Shown: positions 1-9,493 of the stretch, one piece after another | Position numbering within the stretch: position 1 is the stretch's first letter | Layout of the letters: the number at the start of each line of letters is the position of its first letter | From: Candidatus Zixiibacteriota bacterium | GTDB lineage: Bacteria > UBP14 > UBA6098 > JBKHBT01 | Assembly: GCA_046542255.1 (NCBI GenBank) | Contig: JBKHBT010000012.1 | Span: 1-55,972 of the forward strand | Length of the DNA: 55,972 nt | Reading direction: 5' to 3' | Notes under the pieces: model-generated | Databases searched by the model: none | Told to the model about the DNA's origin: nothing | What the model saw: only the letters and a program-made list of their open reading frames with translations | Program-made: the position numbers and the translations under genes

Positions 1-249
1 TTCGTGTTTTTCCTTCCCGTTTTGTTTAATAATCCCTTCTATCTCGCAATTCAAATAACTTCTTTTGGATTACGATAATATATATAGAAATAATCCGCCA
101 TAAGTCAAATAAAATATTGAATATAGATTTTTCTATAATACTGAAATATACACTTATTGCAAAATTTCTGCACTGCAAGCTTTTGAGATACATCGGCTTG
201 ATAGGTAATGTTTATAGCGAGCTTTCATCGCTTTGTCCAAAATCATAAG

Positions 250-364
250 AAATACTCTTTTAAAGTCATAATAATATATATAAAATACATAATATATATA
301 CTCAAAAGGCTTTACTGATGTTTTAGCCTGAAAAGTATGACAATGCTCAGCAGCGCATTCTCTG
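250..364 (+). repeat. Copy A of a ~115-bp interspersed repeat family. It has a conserved left end (TACTCTTTTAAAGYCATA), a variable (TA)n-rich middle, and a conserved ~62-nt core (AAAAGGNTTTACTGATGTTTTAGCCTGAAAAGTATGACAATGC..AGCAGCGCATT.TCTG).
   Basis: Near-identical to 25282-25398 (about 4 mismatches across the 62-nt core) and to a degenerate copy at 18112-18228, all in the same orientation. The core contains a 9-bp inverted repeat (GACAATGCG/CGCATTGTC) that is perfect in copy B. Confidence 0.7.
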
Positions 365-542
365 TTTTAAGATTGTGCCTTTCCATATTCATGTCTCCTA
401 TACAAAATTTGTATTTTTCTCTTTCGCAATACTTTTTTTTATTATATCTTCTTTGCATATTTTTTGGGCGAATTTTCGTCTTCATTAATAATTGACTAAA
501 TTGCTCGAGTATAAGTTATGTCCTAAGTGAAAGGAAGTTTTT

Positions 543-1784
543 ATGGCAAAGGTAAAACCATTCAAGAGTCTTCGTCCAAGGCCGGAAATAGCAGAAAAAG
601 TTGCCAGTCCGCCTTATGATGTCCTATCATCCAAAGAAGCAAGGGAGCTTGTAAAAGATAATCCCGAGAGCTTTCTTCATGTTGTAAAGCCTGAAATCGA
701 TCTTCCAGAAGGCACCGACCTGTATTCCGAGGAAGTCTATCAAAAGGGTGCAGAGAACCTAAAACGTCTGGAAGGCGCAGGATACCTTATCCGCGATGAA
801 AAGCCATGCTTCTATCTCTATAGACAGATTATGGGCGATCATTCACAGGTCGGCTTCGTTGCAGGCGCATCGGTGGATGAATACGATGAAGGGCTCATTA
901 AAAAGCATGAACATACCCGACAGAAAAAAGAAGATGACAGAACAAAGCATGTCGATACTTTGAATGCCAATACCGGCCCTGTTTTCCTGACATATAGAAA
1001 TACCGTGAAACTCGATGAAATAGCTAATAAAGTAACAGCACAGGAGCCGGATGTAGATTTTACATCTCCGGATGATGTGCAACATACTCTATGGGTTGTC
1101 GATGATGAGGAGATGATCAAAGAAATACAAAATGCATTCGAAGAGATTCCTGCATTATATGTTGCCGATGGGCATCATCGCTCTGCCAGTGCCAGCCGCG
1201 TGCAGAAGCTTCGAAAAGAAAAGAATCCAAATCACACCGGCGATGAAGAATATAATTATTTCCTAACTGTAATTTTCCCGGACAATCAAATGAAGATTTT
1301 GGATTATAATCGCGTTATAAAAGACCTAAATGGCCTATCGGAAGATGAGTTTATTGCAAAAATCAAAGAGAAATTCGAAATAGAAGAAATCGGTAAAGAG
1401 CAATACAAACCACAAAATCTTCATGAATTCGGAATGTATCTTGATGGAAAATGGTATAAACTAATAGCCAAAGAAGGCACTTTTGACCCGAATAATCCCG
1501 TCGAACAGCTCGATGTCGCCATCCTACAGGAGAATCTTTTGGCACCAGTTCTTGGAATAGGCGATCCTCGAAAAGATGAAAGGATTGATTTTGTCGGCGG
1601 AATTCGTGGACTCGGTGAACTAGAAAAAAGATGCGAAGAAGGCTGGAAAGTAGCATTCTCACTTTATCCAACTTCGATTGAACAACTTATGAATATAGCA
1701 GATGCAGATCTTATCATGCCACCGAAAAGCACATGGTTCGAACCTAAGCTAAGAAGCGGCATGATTATACATACTTTGGATTAA
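543..1784 (+). CDS. DUF1015-family conserved protein
   Basis: 413 aa. N-terminal pattern M..VKPFKSLRP...VASPPYDVLS is typical of DUF1015 as I recall it. A single long ORF followed by an intrinsic terminator. Confidence 0.55.
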   Translation: MAKVKPFKSLRPRPEIAEKVASPPYDVLSSKEARELVKDNPESFLHVVKPEIDLPEGTDLYSEEVYQKGAENLKRLEGAGYLIRDEKPCFYLYRQIMGDHSQVGFVAGASVDEYDEGLIKKHEHTRQKKEDDRTKHVDTLNANTGPVFLTYRNTVKLDEIANKVTAQEPDVDFTSPDDVQHTLWVVDDEEMIKEIQNAFEEIPALYVADGHHRSASASRVQKLRKEKNPNHTGDEEYNYFLTVIFPDNQMKILDYNRVIKDLNGLSEDEFIAKIKEKFEIEEIGKEQYKPQNLHEFGMYLDGKWYKLIAKEGTFDPNNPVEQLDVAILQENLLAPVLGIGDPRKDERIDFVGGIRGLGELEKRCEEGWKVAFSLYPTSIEQLMNIADADLIMPPKSTWFEPKLRSGMIIHTLD

Positions 1785-1808
1785 GTATCACTTAAATTTT
1801 TATAAAAG

Positions 1809-1838
1809 TACTCCCTGGCCTTTAGGGAGTATTTTTTT
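1809..1838 (+). terminator. Rho-independent terminator
   Basis: Stem TACTCCCT/AGGGAGTA with loop GGCCTTT, followed by a run of seven T. Confidence 0.7.
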
Positions 1839-1955
1839 ATTTACTTGTCTGTTTAATTTACTTATTCTATTAAGCGCTTTGCTGATTTACCGATAATTTG
1901 GCAGTAAGTATAATTTTGTTATCAGCCTGGCTTTTATCAAATAGAAGGGATATGG

Positions 1956-4943
1956 ATGGAATATAAAGAATATAAAAAGATGGAGAAATTCTTTTCTCGT
2001 TTTGAATATGGCGAAGATGTCTTCCATACTTTGATGAAGAAAAGAGTTCGTGAGGTACTTTTGGTTTCATCATTTTATGATGCATATATTTTCAAAAAGG
2101 ATGGCCGCCTCTCCGAACAGATATTTCGTGATTATCATGAATTGAATTTGACATCGGCAGCCAGAATAACTAATGTACCTACTGCTAAAGCAGCTCTCGA
2201 AAAATTAAAATACAAGAAGTTTGACCTTGTGATAACCATGATGCGAATAGGTGAGATTACGCCTTTTGACCTTGCAAGACGCATAAAAGAACAATATGAG
2301 AACCTTAAAGTACTTTTGCTATTAAATATGCAGTCTGATCTGGCCCTTGTCGATAAAAGCAAATCAGCTATGGAGCATATCGACAATGTTTTCCTCTGGA
2401 AAGGTGATTCCAAGGTATTTCTTGCAATGATTAAATATGTCGAAGACCAAATGAATGCTCCACATGATACCGAAGTTGGCATGGTTAGGGTTATTTTGCT
2501 GGTCGAAGATTCGATATTGTTTTATTCTCAATATTTACCCGAACTTTATGGCGAAATCATGGCACAGACTTCTCAGCTTATATCCGAAGAAACAGATGCG
2601 ATGCAAAAAAATTATCAGATGAGAACAAGGCCGAAAATACTAATGGCACACACCTATGAAGAAGCTATCGATATCGCAAATACCTATAGCGACAATCTAT
2701 TATGCATGATTACAGATGTACGATTTTCTAAAGATGGTGAAATAAATGATAATGCCGGAGTCGAATTAGCCAACCATATTAGAGAAGACCTACCTTATTT
2801 ACCTATAGTTGTGTGGTCGAGTGATGAGGATGCACGGTATAAAGTAGAAAACCTCGATGTAAAATACCTTTGTAAAAACTCCAAACATCTCATGGATGAC
2901 CTTTCGTATTTTATCCATACCGATTTGGGCTTTGGAGCTTTTATTTTCAGAGATATGCATGGAAATGAGATTCATAGGGCAGAAACTATGGCGGAATTTG
3001 AACAAGCATTGCCCAGTATATCTGATGAATGCTTGCTCTATCATGCAAAACAGAATCATTTCTCGGCATGGCTTATCGCTCACGGCGAGATTCAGATATC
3101 GAAAAAGGTTCGGCCTTTACAAATAGCTGATTTCGATTCAGTCGATGATTTACGCCAATATTTAATCGATATTTTCAAAAAGGTTCGGGATAAAAAAAAT
3201 AGAGGACATATCGTTGATTTTGATCCAAGAAATATCGATTCTGAATACGAAATAATCAGGCTTTTTGATGGTTCTCTGGGTGGAAAAGGCAGAGGCATTG
3301 CATTCTTGAATGCCCTTTTCGCTTCCATGGATTTCGAAGAAAGATATCCATCGGTCGATATCAAGGTTCCCAGAACAGCGTTTATTGGTACAGGTGAGTT
3401 TGATAGGTTTCTACATAAAAATGAAATAAATAATTGGATACTTAGCCAGGAGCATAGCGATGAACAAATCAGAAAGCGCTTTTTGAAAGGCGAGCTTTCC
3501 GAACAACTGAAATATCGCCTTAATGTCTATCTTCAGCATATAAAAAAACCGCTTGCTGTCAGGTCATCTGGCTTGCTTGAAGATTCGCAGTCTCAGCCCT
3601 TCGCAGGAATATATCAGACCTATATGATTCCAAATAATAATGAAAAGTTGGCTATACGCCAAAAGCAATTGGAATGTGCAATCAAATTGGTTTTTGCTTC
3701 GACATTTCTCGGCAGCGCTCGCGATTATGTCGAAAGAATAAAATACAAATCGCGAGAAGAAAAAATGGCTGTGATATTACAGGAGATTGTTGGAGACTAT
3801 TTCGATAATTATTATTATCCGCATATCTCTGGAGTGGGACAGTCCTATAATTTCTATCCGACATCATATCTGAAACATTCTGATGGCATTGCATCGCTGG
3901 CACTTGGCCTTGGGCATTGGGTAGTTGATGGCAATCCTTCATATAGGTATTGTCCAAAATATCCAAAATTCCAGATTCTTCAGCCAAAAGACCAGCTAAA
4001 AAATAGCCAGACACACTTTTTCGCTCTTAATATGGATAAAGCTATTTGCGACCTATTCGAAAATAGCTATAGCGAGACTACAACCCTGGAGAAACTGACA
4101 ATAGCAAAAGCTGAAAAACAGGGCAGCCTAACACATCTCGCTTCAGTATGGAGCCAGCAGGATGAACGCATTCGTGATGGCATTGATAATCCTGGCCCAA
4201 GAATAGTAACTTTCGCAGACATTATAAAGCATGAATATTTCCCGCTTTCTGGTATTCTTGAAGAATTGTTAGATTTAGGTGAAAAGGCATTTGGCGTGCC
4301 TGTCGAGATAGAATTTGCTGTTAATCTGAATAAGGATCCTGAACAAGGAAAAAAGCCATCTTTCTATATTTTACAAATCAGGCCGCTTTCTGTTCATGCA
4401 GAAGAAATCCTATTAGATCCTGATGAACTGGAAGAAGAGCAGCTATTTCTTTATACCGAACATGGCATGGGAAATGGCCATATCGATGAAATCCATGATA
4501 TCATCCTGGTCGCCCCGGAAAAATTCGACAAAACAGAAACTCTGAAAATCAAAGATGAGATCAGGCAGCTCAATCAAAAACTCGATGAAGAGAATCGCGA
4601 CTGTATCCTAATCGGCCCTGGAAGGTGGGGTTCACGTGACAGGTTTCTTGGCATTCCGGTTCAGTGGGCGGATATTTCAAGGGCGAGAGTTATTGTCGAA
4701 GCAGGTATCAAAGACTTAGTTGTCGATTCATCACAGGGAACGCATTTCTTCCACAATCTTGTTGCAATGGATGCTGGATATATTTCAGTAGAATATGCTT
4801 CAGATAAAGAATTCATAAAATGGGATTGGCTTTTAAGGCAAAATATAATAGAAAAAACCGATTATTGTTTACATATTCGACGTGATGAACCATTTGAAGT
4901 AAAAATGTTCGGCCGGGATGGAATTGCAGCACTCTTCAAATAG
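1956..4943 (+). CDS. Receiver-domain/PPDK_N fusion protein. The N-terminus carries a pseudo-receiver plus a receiver domain. The C-terminus carries a PEP-synthase/pyruvate-phosphate-dikinase-type ATP-grasp (PEP/pyruvate-binding) domain.
   Basis: A receiver-like start (ILLVEDS...LLCMITDVRF with a conserved Asp) is preceded by a degenerate receiver-like segment in which the acceptor Asp position reads DLVITM. The C-terminal half has GSLGGKGRGIAFLN and LAVRSSGLLEDSQSQPFAGIYQTY motifs matching the ATP-grasp N-domain of PEP synthase/PPDK/rifampicin phosphotransferase. No phosphohistidine or PEP-utilising domain was seen. Confidence 0.6.
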   Translation: MEYKEYKKMEKFFSRFEYGEDVFHTLMKKRVREVLLVSSFYDAYIFKKDGRLSEQIFRDYHELNLTSAARITNVPTAKAALEKLKYKKFDLVITMMRIGEITPFDLARRIKEQYENLKVLLLLNMQSDLALVDKSKSAMEHIDNVFLWKGDSKVFLAMIKYVEDQMNAPHDTEVGMVRVILLVEDSILFYSQYLPELYGEIMAQTSQLISEETDAMQKNYQMRTRPKILMAHTYEEAIDIANTYSDNLLCMITDVRFSKDGEINDNAGVELANHIREDLPYLPIVVWSSDEDARYKVENLDVKYLCKNSKHLMDDLSYFIHTDLGFGAFIFRDMHGNEIHRAETMAEFEQALPSISDECLLYHAKQNHFSAWLIAHGEIQISKKVRPLQIADFDSVDDLRQYLIDIFKKVRDKKNRGHIVDFDPRNIDSEYEIIRLFDGSLGGKGRGIAFLNALFASMDFEERYPSVDIKVPRTAFIGTGEFDRFLHKNEINNWILSQEHSDEQIRKRFLKGELSEQLKYRLNVYLQHIKKPLAVRSSGLLEDSQSQPFAGIYQTYMIPNNNEKLAIRQKQLECAIKLVFASTFLGSARDYVERIKYKSREEKMAVILQEIVGDYFDNYYYPHISGVGQSYNFYPTSYLKHSDGIASLALGLGHWVVDGNPSYRYCPKYPKFQILQPKDQLKNSQTHFFALNMDKAICDLFENSYSETTTLEKLTIAKAEKQGSLTHLASVWSQQDERIRDGIDNPGPRIVTFADIIKHEYFPLSGILEELLDLGEKAFGVPVEIEFAVNLNKDPEQGKKPSFYILQIRPLSVHAEEILLDPDELEEEQLFLYTEHGMGNGHIDEIHDIILVAPEKFDKTETLKIKDEIRQLNQKLDEENRDCILIGPGRWGSRDRFLGIPVQWADISRARVIVEAGIKDLVVDSSQGTHFFHNLVAMDAGYISVEYASDKEFIKWDWLLRQNIIEKTDYCLHIRRDEPFEVKMFGRDGIAALFK

Positions 4944-5048
4944 CGAGTTATGTAAAAAGTCCTTGCTGTCTGACATAATTCCCTTTATTATTATCTTGAC
5001 ATTTATATAATTAATGTTATAACACTCAATAATTGATAGGAGAAAATA

Positions 5049-5233
5049 TGATATCTTGGCTTTTGGTTATAATCGCCCTGGCAATATTTCAGATTATTGC
5101 CTTGAAATTTAGTTTTCCTGAAACATATGTTTATATTTCAACCGTTCTTGTTTTAGTCGCTGCTTTGGGGCTTCTTTATAGAGCACATCTTAAAATCGAT
5201 AGGAAAGACACAAAAGAGATAGAAAAAGACTAA
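5049..5233 (+). CDS. Small predicted membrane protein (two hydrophobic helices)
   Basis: AGGAG lies 5 nt upstream of the ATG. The peptide is hydrophobic with no recognisable family. It converges on the end of the permease gene. Confidence 0.3.
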
Positions 5234-6021
5234 AATTCTTTCCGCTTGAATAGCAATATCGAAAGAACAATACAAACACCAGTCAAAAAGGCTACGCTTA
5301 TCATTGGCAGATACCACATATCAAATGGTGTTCTTTGACCTAAACCAAATGATTGAATCAATGGATTGAATTTATTTGGCAAAAGAAGTGGAAGCCATTG
5401 ATTTACTTTGTTTAGTTGATTTGTTAGAATCATTTGTATGACAGCCAAAAAGAAGATGATGGCAAGTATAGCTGCTCTGCTTTGCAGAAGTGTCCCTAGA
5501 AAGATCATCAGCGATACAAAAAATAATAATTTCAGGCCTATCAGGGCAATGCCTTCGGAAAGGTAGAGTAGATTCGGAATTCCGCCAGATGCTATCAATG
5601 TGTGTATGAGTCCAAAAATTGTTTGGATAATTACAACTGTTATGAAAATCCCTAACCAATTACCCACTATTTTGGATAGAATATAAGATTCACGAGTGAT
5701 AGGCTTGGACATAACCCATTCGCTGGTTCCCATCTTATCTTCGCCAATTATACTTCCGAGAAGCATGATAATAGCCACGAAAAACACTAGTGTGCTGAGA
5801 ATAGGCAGCATAGCCGATGAACCATTTTCGGGTATAGGATTTTCTGGCATCCAGAGACTGAATGCGAGAATTGCATTTACAATAATTAGTGAGAATATTG
5901 AGATTATGATTCCTATTTTGGATTTTCCAAACCAGAATCCAAGTTCCTTTTTGAGCATATTAGGAAAACCGTGCACTATTCCGAGGTCTTGAACTTTTTC
6001 TAATCCTTTATTGCTTAGCAC
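5230..6021 (-). CDS. ABC-2 type transporter permease
   Basis: 263 aa with about six hydrophobic helices. It overlaps by 14 nt the upstream (minus-strand) ABC ATPase gene. Confidence 0.65.
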   Translation of the reverse strand: MLSNKGLEKVQDLGIVHGFPNMLKKELGFWFGKSKIGIIISIFSLIIVNAILAFSLWMPENPIPENGSSAMLPILSTLVFFVAIIMLLGSIIGEDKMGTSEWVMSKPITRESYILSKIVGNWLGIFITVVIIQTIFGLIHTLIASGGIPNLLYLSEGIALIGLKLLFFVSLMIFLGTLLQSRAAILAIIFFLAVIQMILTNQLNKVNQWLPLLLPNKFNPLIQSFGLGQRTPFDMWYLPMISVAFLTGVCIVLSILLFKRKEF

Positions 6022-6988
6022 CTGGTCCTCCTTGCACAGTCGATTTTTTTATTAGTTCCATAAAACTGCTTTCAAGATTGAAACTTGTTTTTTCATATTT
6101 TTTTATAGTTAAGGTTTCATCTTCGAGTAATTTACGAAGCAGATATTTATCTGCCAGAGTAGAATCGGTAACTGTAATGAGTAATAATACATTATCACCG
6201 AAATCTTTTATTTTCAGCTCTTTGACCCATTCGAAGGATTTAATTTTCTCAAATTTATTGTGTGAAGTCTTTTCTAATTCTATCTTAAAAACGGCATCTT
6301 CAGTGCTGCTGAGTATTTCGGTAATGGGTGCCTGTGCGAGCAATTTGCCCTGGTGAAGGACTCCGACAGTATCACTTACCCTTTCCACATCGCTTAAGAT
6401 ATGAGTGGAGTAAAAGACGGTGGTAAGGCCACGAAGTTTTTCCAGCGTGTCGAGTACTTTATGTCTTCCAATAGGGTCTAGAGATGCGGCAGGTTCATCG
6501 AGTATCAGAAGTTCTGGTGAATGGATCAATGCTTGAGCGATGCCGAGTCTTTGGATTTCTCCGCCGGAAAATCCTCGGACTGGCCGATTAGATTTATCCT
6601 GCAGTTCGACCATTTCAAGTAGCTCATCGATTTTGCTTTCGATTCTATTTTTGGGGCCAGAGAAATAGAATCCAGCACAAAAACGCAGCGTTTCTCTTGC
6701 TGTCATCTTTGGATAATAGCTGGGGCTTTGTGTAAGGTATCCGGTTTTTTTACGGATTTCAACGCTTTGACTTTTAATATTGTAACCGAGAATATCGCCT
6801 TTACCTTCGGTTGGATTAAGCAGGCCGAGAAGAAGTTTGATTGTAGTAGTTTTGCCAGCACCATTAGGGCCAATAAAACCATATATCGAGTTTTTCTTCA
6901 CCTTCAAATCAAGAGAGTCGAGTGCTGTGAAATTGCCATAATTTTTCTTTAATTCTCTGGTATCGATTGCATATTTTATTTCACTCAA
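6008..6988 (-). CDS. ABC transporter ATP-binding protein
   Basis: Walker A GPNGAGKTT, ABC signature LSGGEIQRLGIAQAL and Walker B LLILDEPAASLD. Confidence 0.85.
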   Translation of the reverse strand: MSEIKYAIDTRELKKNYGNFTALDSLDLKVKKNSIYGFIGPNGAGKTTTIKLLLGLLNPTEGKGDILGYNIKSQSVEIRKKTGYLTQSPSYYPKMTARETLRFCAGFYFSGPKNRIESKIDELLEMVELQDKSNRPVRGFSGGEIQRLGIAQALIHSPELLILDEPAASLDPIGRHKVLDTLEKLRGLTTVFYSTHILSDVERVSDTVGVLHQGKLLAQAPITEILSSTEDAVFKIELEKTSHNKFEKIKSFEWVKELKIKDFGDNVLLLITVTDSTLADKYLLRKLLEDETLTIKKYEKTSFNLESSFMELIKKSTVQGGPGAKQ

Positions 6989-7158
6989 ACTTCCTCCTTC
7001 GAGTTATTCAAATTTGCGAAAATATATCATTTATATTTATTTTAATCAAATCAATTTTCCATATTTGACAATTATTTCATCAGAAATCGGATATTTAACT
7101 TGATTTTTATCTTGTAGATAATATATTAATTCGGATTTGGAACTGAAAGGTTCGTTCT

Positions 7159-7611
7159 TTGAAAGCGATTGATACAAGATATTTGCGTATAGCAATCGAA
7201 GAGGCCGAGAAGGCTAATCAAAAAGGTGAAGTTCCAGTTGGCGCTGTAATTGTTCACGATGGAGATGTGATTGCTGTTGGTTATAATCTAACCGAAACCA
7301 ATCATGATCCGACAGCACATGCAGAGATAGTTGCCATACGGCGAGCTTGTCAGAAGCTCGAAAGCTGGCGTCTTTTTGATGCGAGCATTTATGTTACCCT
7401 TGAACCATGTCCTATGTGTATTGGGGCAATCATAAATGCTAAGATAAGCCGTCTTGTTTTTGGTGCATATGATGATCGTTATGGTGCTGCAGTTTCGAAA
7501 ATCAATATGCCCGAGCTATTTCCCGAATACGGTAGGTTGCAGGTTATAGGCGGTTTATTGAAGGAAGATTGCCAAAGGCTTCTTGAAAGATTTTTCGCAA
7601 TACGCAGATAG
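7159..7611 (+). CDS. tadA: tRNA-specific adenosine deaminase
   Basis: CDA-fold zinc motifs HAE (HAEIVAIR) and PCPMC. The ~150-aa length is typical of TadA. Confidence 0.85.
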   Translation: MKAIDTRYLRIAIEEAEKANQKGEVPVGAVIVHDGDVIAVGYNLTETNHDPTAHAEIVAIRRACQKLESWRLFDASIYVTLEPCPMCIGAIINAKISRLVFGAYDDRYGAAVSKINMPELFPEYGRLQVIGGLLKEDCQRLLERFFAIRR

Positions 7612-7621
7612 TTATAAATTT

Positions 7622-7707
7622 GGAGAGGTGTCCGAGTTGGCTTAAGGAGCACGATTGGAAATCGTGTATGCAGAGATGTATCGGGGGTTCGAATCCCCCC
7701 CTCTCCG
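7622..7707 (+). tRNA. tRNA-Ser (anticodon GGA), type II with a long variable arm
   Basis: Acceptor stem GGAGAGG/CCTCTCC. Anticodon stem-loop CACGA-TTGGAAA-TCGTG. T-arm GGGGG-TTCGAAT-CCCCC with discriminator G. No CCA is encoded, and an 11-T run follows. Confidence 0.85.
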
Positions 7708-7740
7708 TTTTTTTTTTTTAAAAAATCTGCAAAATTAGAC

Positions 7741-7770
7741 TTGACAAGGGACTCTGGCTTATCCTATAAT
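7741..7770 (+). promoter_or_regulatory. Near-consensus sigma70-type promoter (TTGACA, 18-bp spacer, TATAAT) facing an ORF-free region
   Basis: TTGACA at 7741-7746 and TATAAT at 7765-7770. The -10 context TATCCTATAAT recurs at about 7911-7921. Confidence 0.45.
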
Positions 7771-8437
7771 ATCATTAAGAAGCGTTTGTGACCAAAATGT
7801 GTCTAAACTAGTGAAAAATAATTATTTCCCAGATACTGAAGACAATTTAACCAAAAATTTAGCCCTAAAATCACCAAAATAGCTTCATTCCATAGCCAAT
7901 AGTTTCATGGTTATCCTATAATCTTTATTGGTTTATTTAGTCCCCCCTGAAAAACATCGTAACTCACTGATTTTTATATAGACAAGCTCTAAAAAATTGC
8001 TTATTTCCTACATGTTGAAATTTAATAAATTTTAGCAAAATGGGGGCTTTTTATGCTATCAAAAGAACCAAAATCAGAAGGTTTAGTTTGGGATGGTGAT
8101 GTGGGTTGTTCAGAATCGACTAAAGTAGTTACGCACAAAATCCTAGCCTTTTTTTATTTTTCTTCGGGACAGTACTGATGCCGAAACAGGTTCGCTTTAC
8201 TATGTTCCATTCAATTCCTATCACTTCCTTCCCACAATGCCATTACCAGCTATGCAGTTGTGATTCAGATTTAATTCCCCTTGTATGAGGCGTTGACACT
8301 TTCTTGCAAGCGTCCGGGATGCCGGCTTTTCTGGGCAAACAAAAAGTTGCGAAGGAAACCTCCGCAACTAAAATTGAACCTATCTAAAGATGTGCAAAAA
8401 ACCGTAAATATTGAATCTAATATCCTTTTTTTGCTTT

Positions 8438-9352
8438 TTATTTGATATATGAAACGCGGTCTATGGCTCTTTCCTCGCCATTATCGGCTTCAATGATATA
8501 AACTCCCGAAGAAATGCCATTATCCGGCGTCCATATCCTTTCATACCTTAGGTTCTCGATGAGCTTGCCATCGATATCATAAATTTTGATCATAGCTGAT
8601 GCTGGTGCATCTATGGAAACAGCGCCATTGAAAGGATTGGGAGCTGATGTAATGGTCATATTATCTGGTATATCGATCGTGTTTTCTTTCAGGCCTTCTG
8701 TGCTAAATGATATTAGATAAGAAATATCTTCTGTACCACCACCGCTCATGAAATCGATATTGTATGCATATTCCTTGACAATGCCCACATCTTCGGCTAA
8801 CCAATGACGGAATGAAACATATGTCATCGAATCTTCGAACATCGTTGATGAAACCTCATAATAGGTAGTCATTTCCGTCTTGATGCACTCATATTCGCCT
8901 GCTGGAGCGTTTACTGTCTCAAAGCCTATTATCTCGCCATGAGTTATTATGTATGCATCGACCGGGAAGCCCATGATCTCCATGACTGTATCGACTTCAA
9001 AAACCAACCACTCGTCGCCGATAGAAAATGGATCCGGTAGAACTCTCATCGGAACCTCGAAATCCATGCCCATATCCCCCAGCAATTGCTCAAATAAATA
9101 GATTCCATCGGTTCTAAATTGCATTGTGATAGTATCTGTACTGGTCGTTGTTTCCTGTAAGATGTCAACAGCATCTGCGCCCATATCTGTGTACATATCT
9201 ATCACGGTTTCTGTGCTATTTGTGAAACCATCCGCAGTTGAATCCCGATAAACCCATTCATATCCAAGCCCTACTGGATAAAAATCTCGTGCATCTTCAG
9301 CACATAGGACTATGGCCATAATCACAGAAACCAAAATAATAATTCTTTTCAT
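8438..9352 (-). CDS. Secreted protein with a T9SS-type (Por secretion) C-terminal sorting domain
   Basis: N-terminal signal peptide. The C-terminal ~75 aa (APNPFNGAVSI...IKIYDIDGKLI...GVYIIEA) matches the T9SS CTD pattern. Confidence 0.6.
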   Translation of the reverse strand: MKRIIILVSVIMAIVLCAEDARDFYPVGLGYEWVYRDSTADGFTNSTETVIDMYTDMGADAVDILQETTTSTDTITMQFRTDGIYLFEQLLGDMGMDFEVPMRVLPDPFSIGDEWLVFEVDTVMEIMGFPVDAYIITHGEIIGFETVNAPAGEYECIKTEMTTYYEVSSTMFEDSMTYVSFRHWLAEDVGIVKEYAYNIDFMSGGGTEDISYLISFSTEGLKENTIDIPDNMTITSAPNPFNGAVSIDAPASAMIKIYDIDGKLIENLRYERIWTPDNGISSGVYIIEADNGEERAIDRVSYIK

Positions 9353-9493
9353 AATTCCTCCTTATTTTTCTTCATTTCTCTAAAAGATAAGTCCTATATC
9401 AAACATTGTCAATCAATTAAAGAATTCTGACAAATGCAAGAAAATATTTATTTTATCCTTTCCATATTTTTTTTGATGTTTAGATTATTGACT

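Noticed and set aside
839-1671. Minus-strand ORFs inside the DUF1015 gene
   Set aside because: They are antisense to a conserved CDS with no supporting signals.
7159-7707. tRNA-Ser(GGA) as a novel TadA substrate
   Set aside because: Position 34 is G, not A, so deamination is impossible. The adjacency is noted only as an operon arrangement.
7712-8437. tmRNA, RNase P RNA or SRP RNA in the ORF-free region
   Set aside because: I looked for hallmark strings: the tmRNA GGGG start with a CCACCA/T-loop end, RNase P AGGGTGAAA-type blocks and the SRP domain IV motif. None was found, so I left the region as an unclassified ncRNA candidate.
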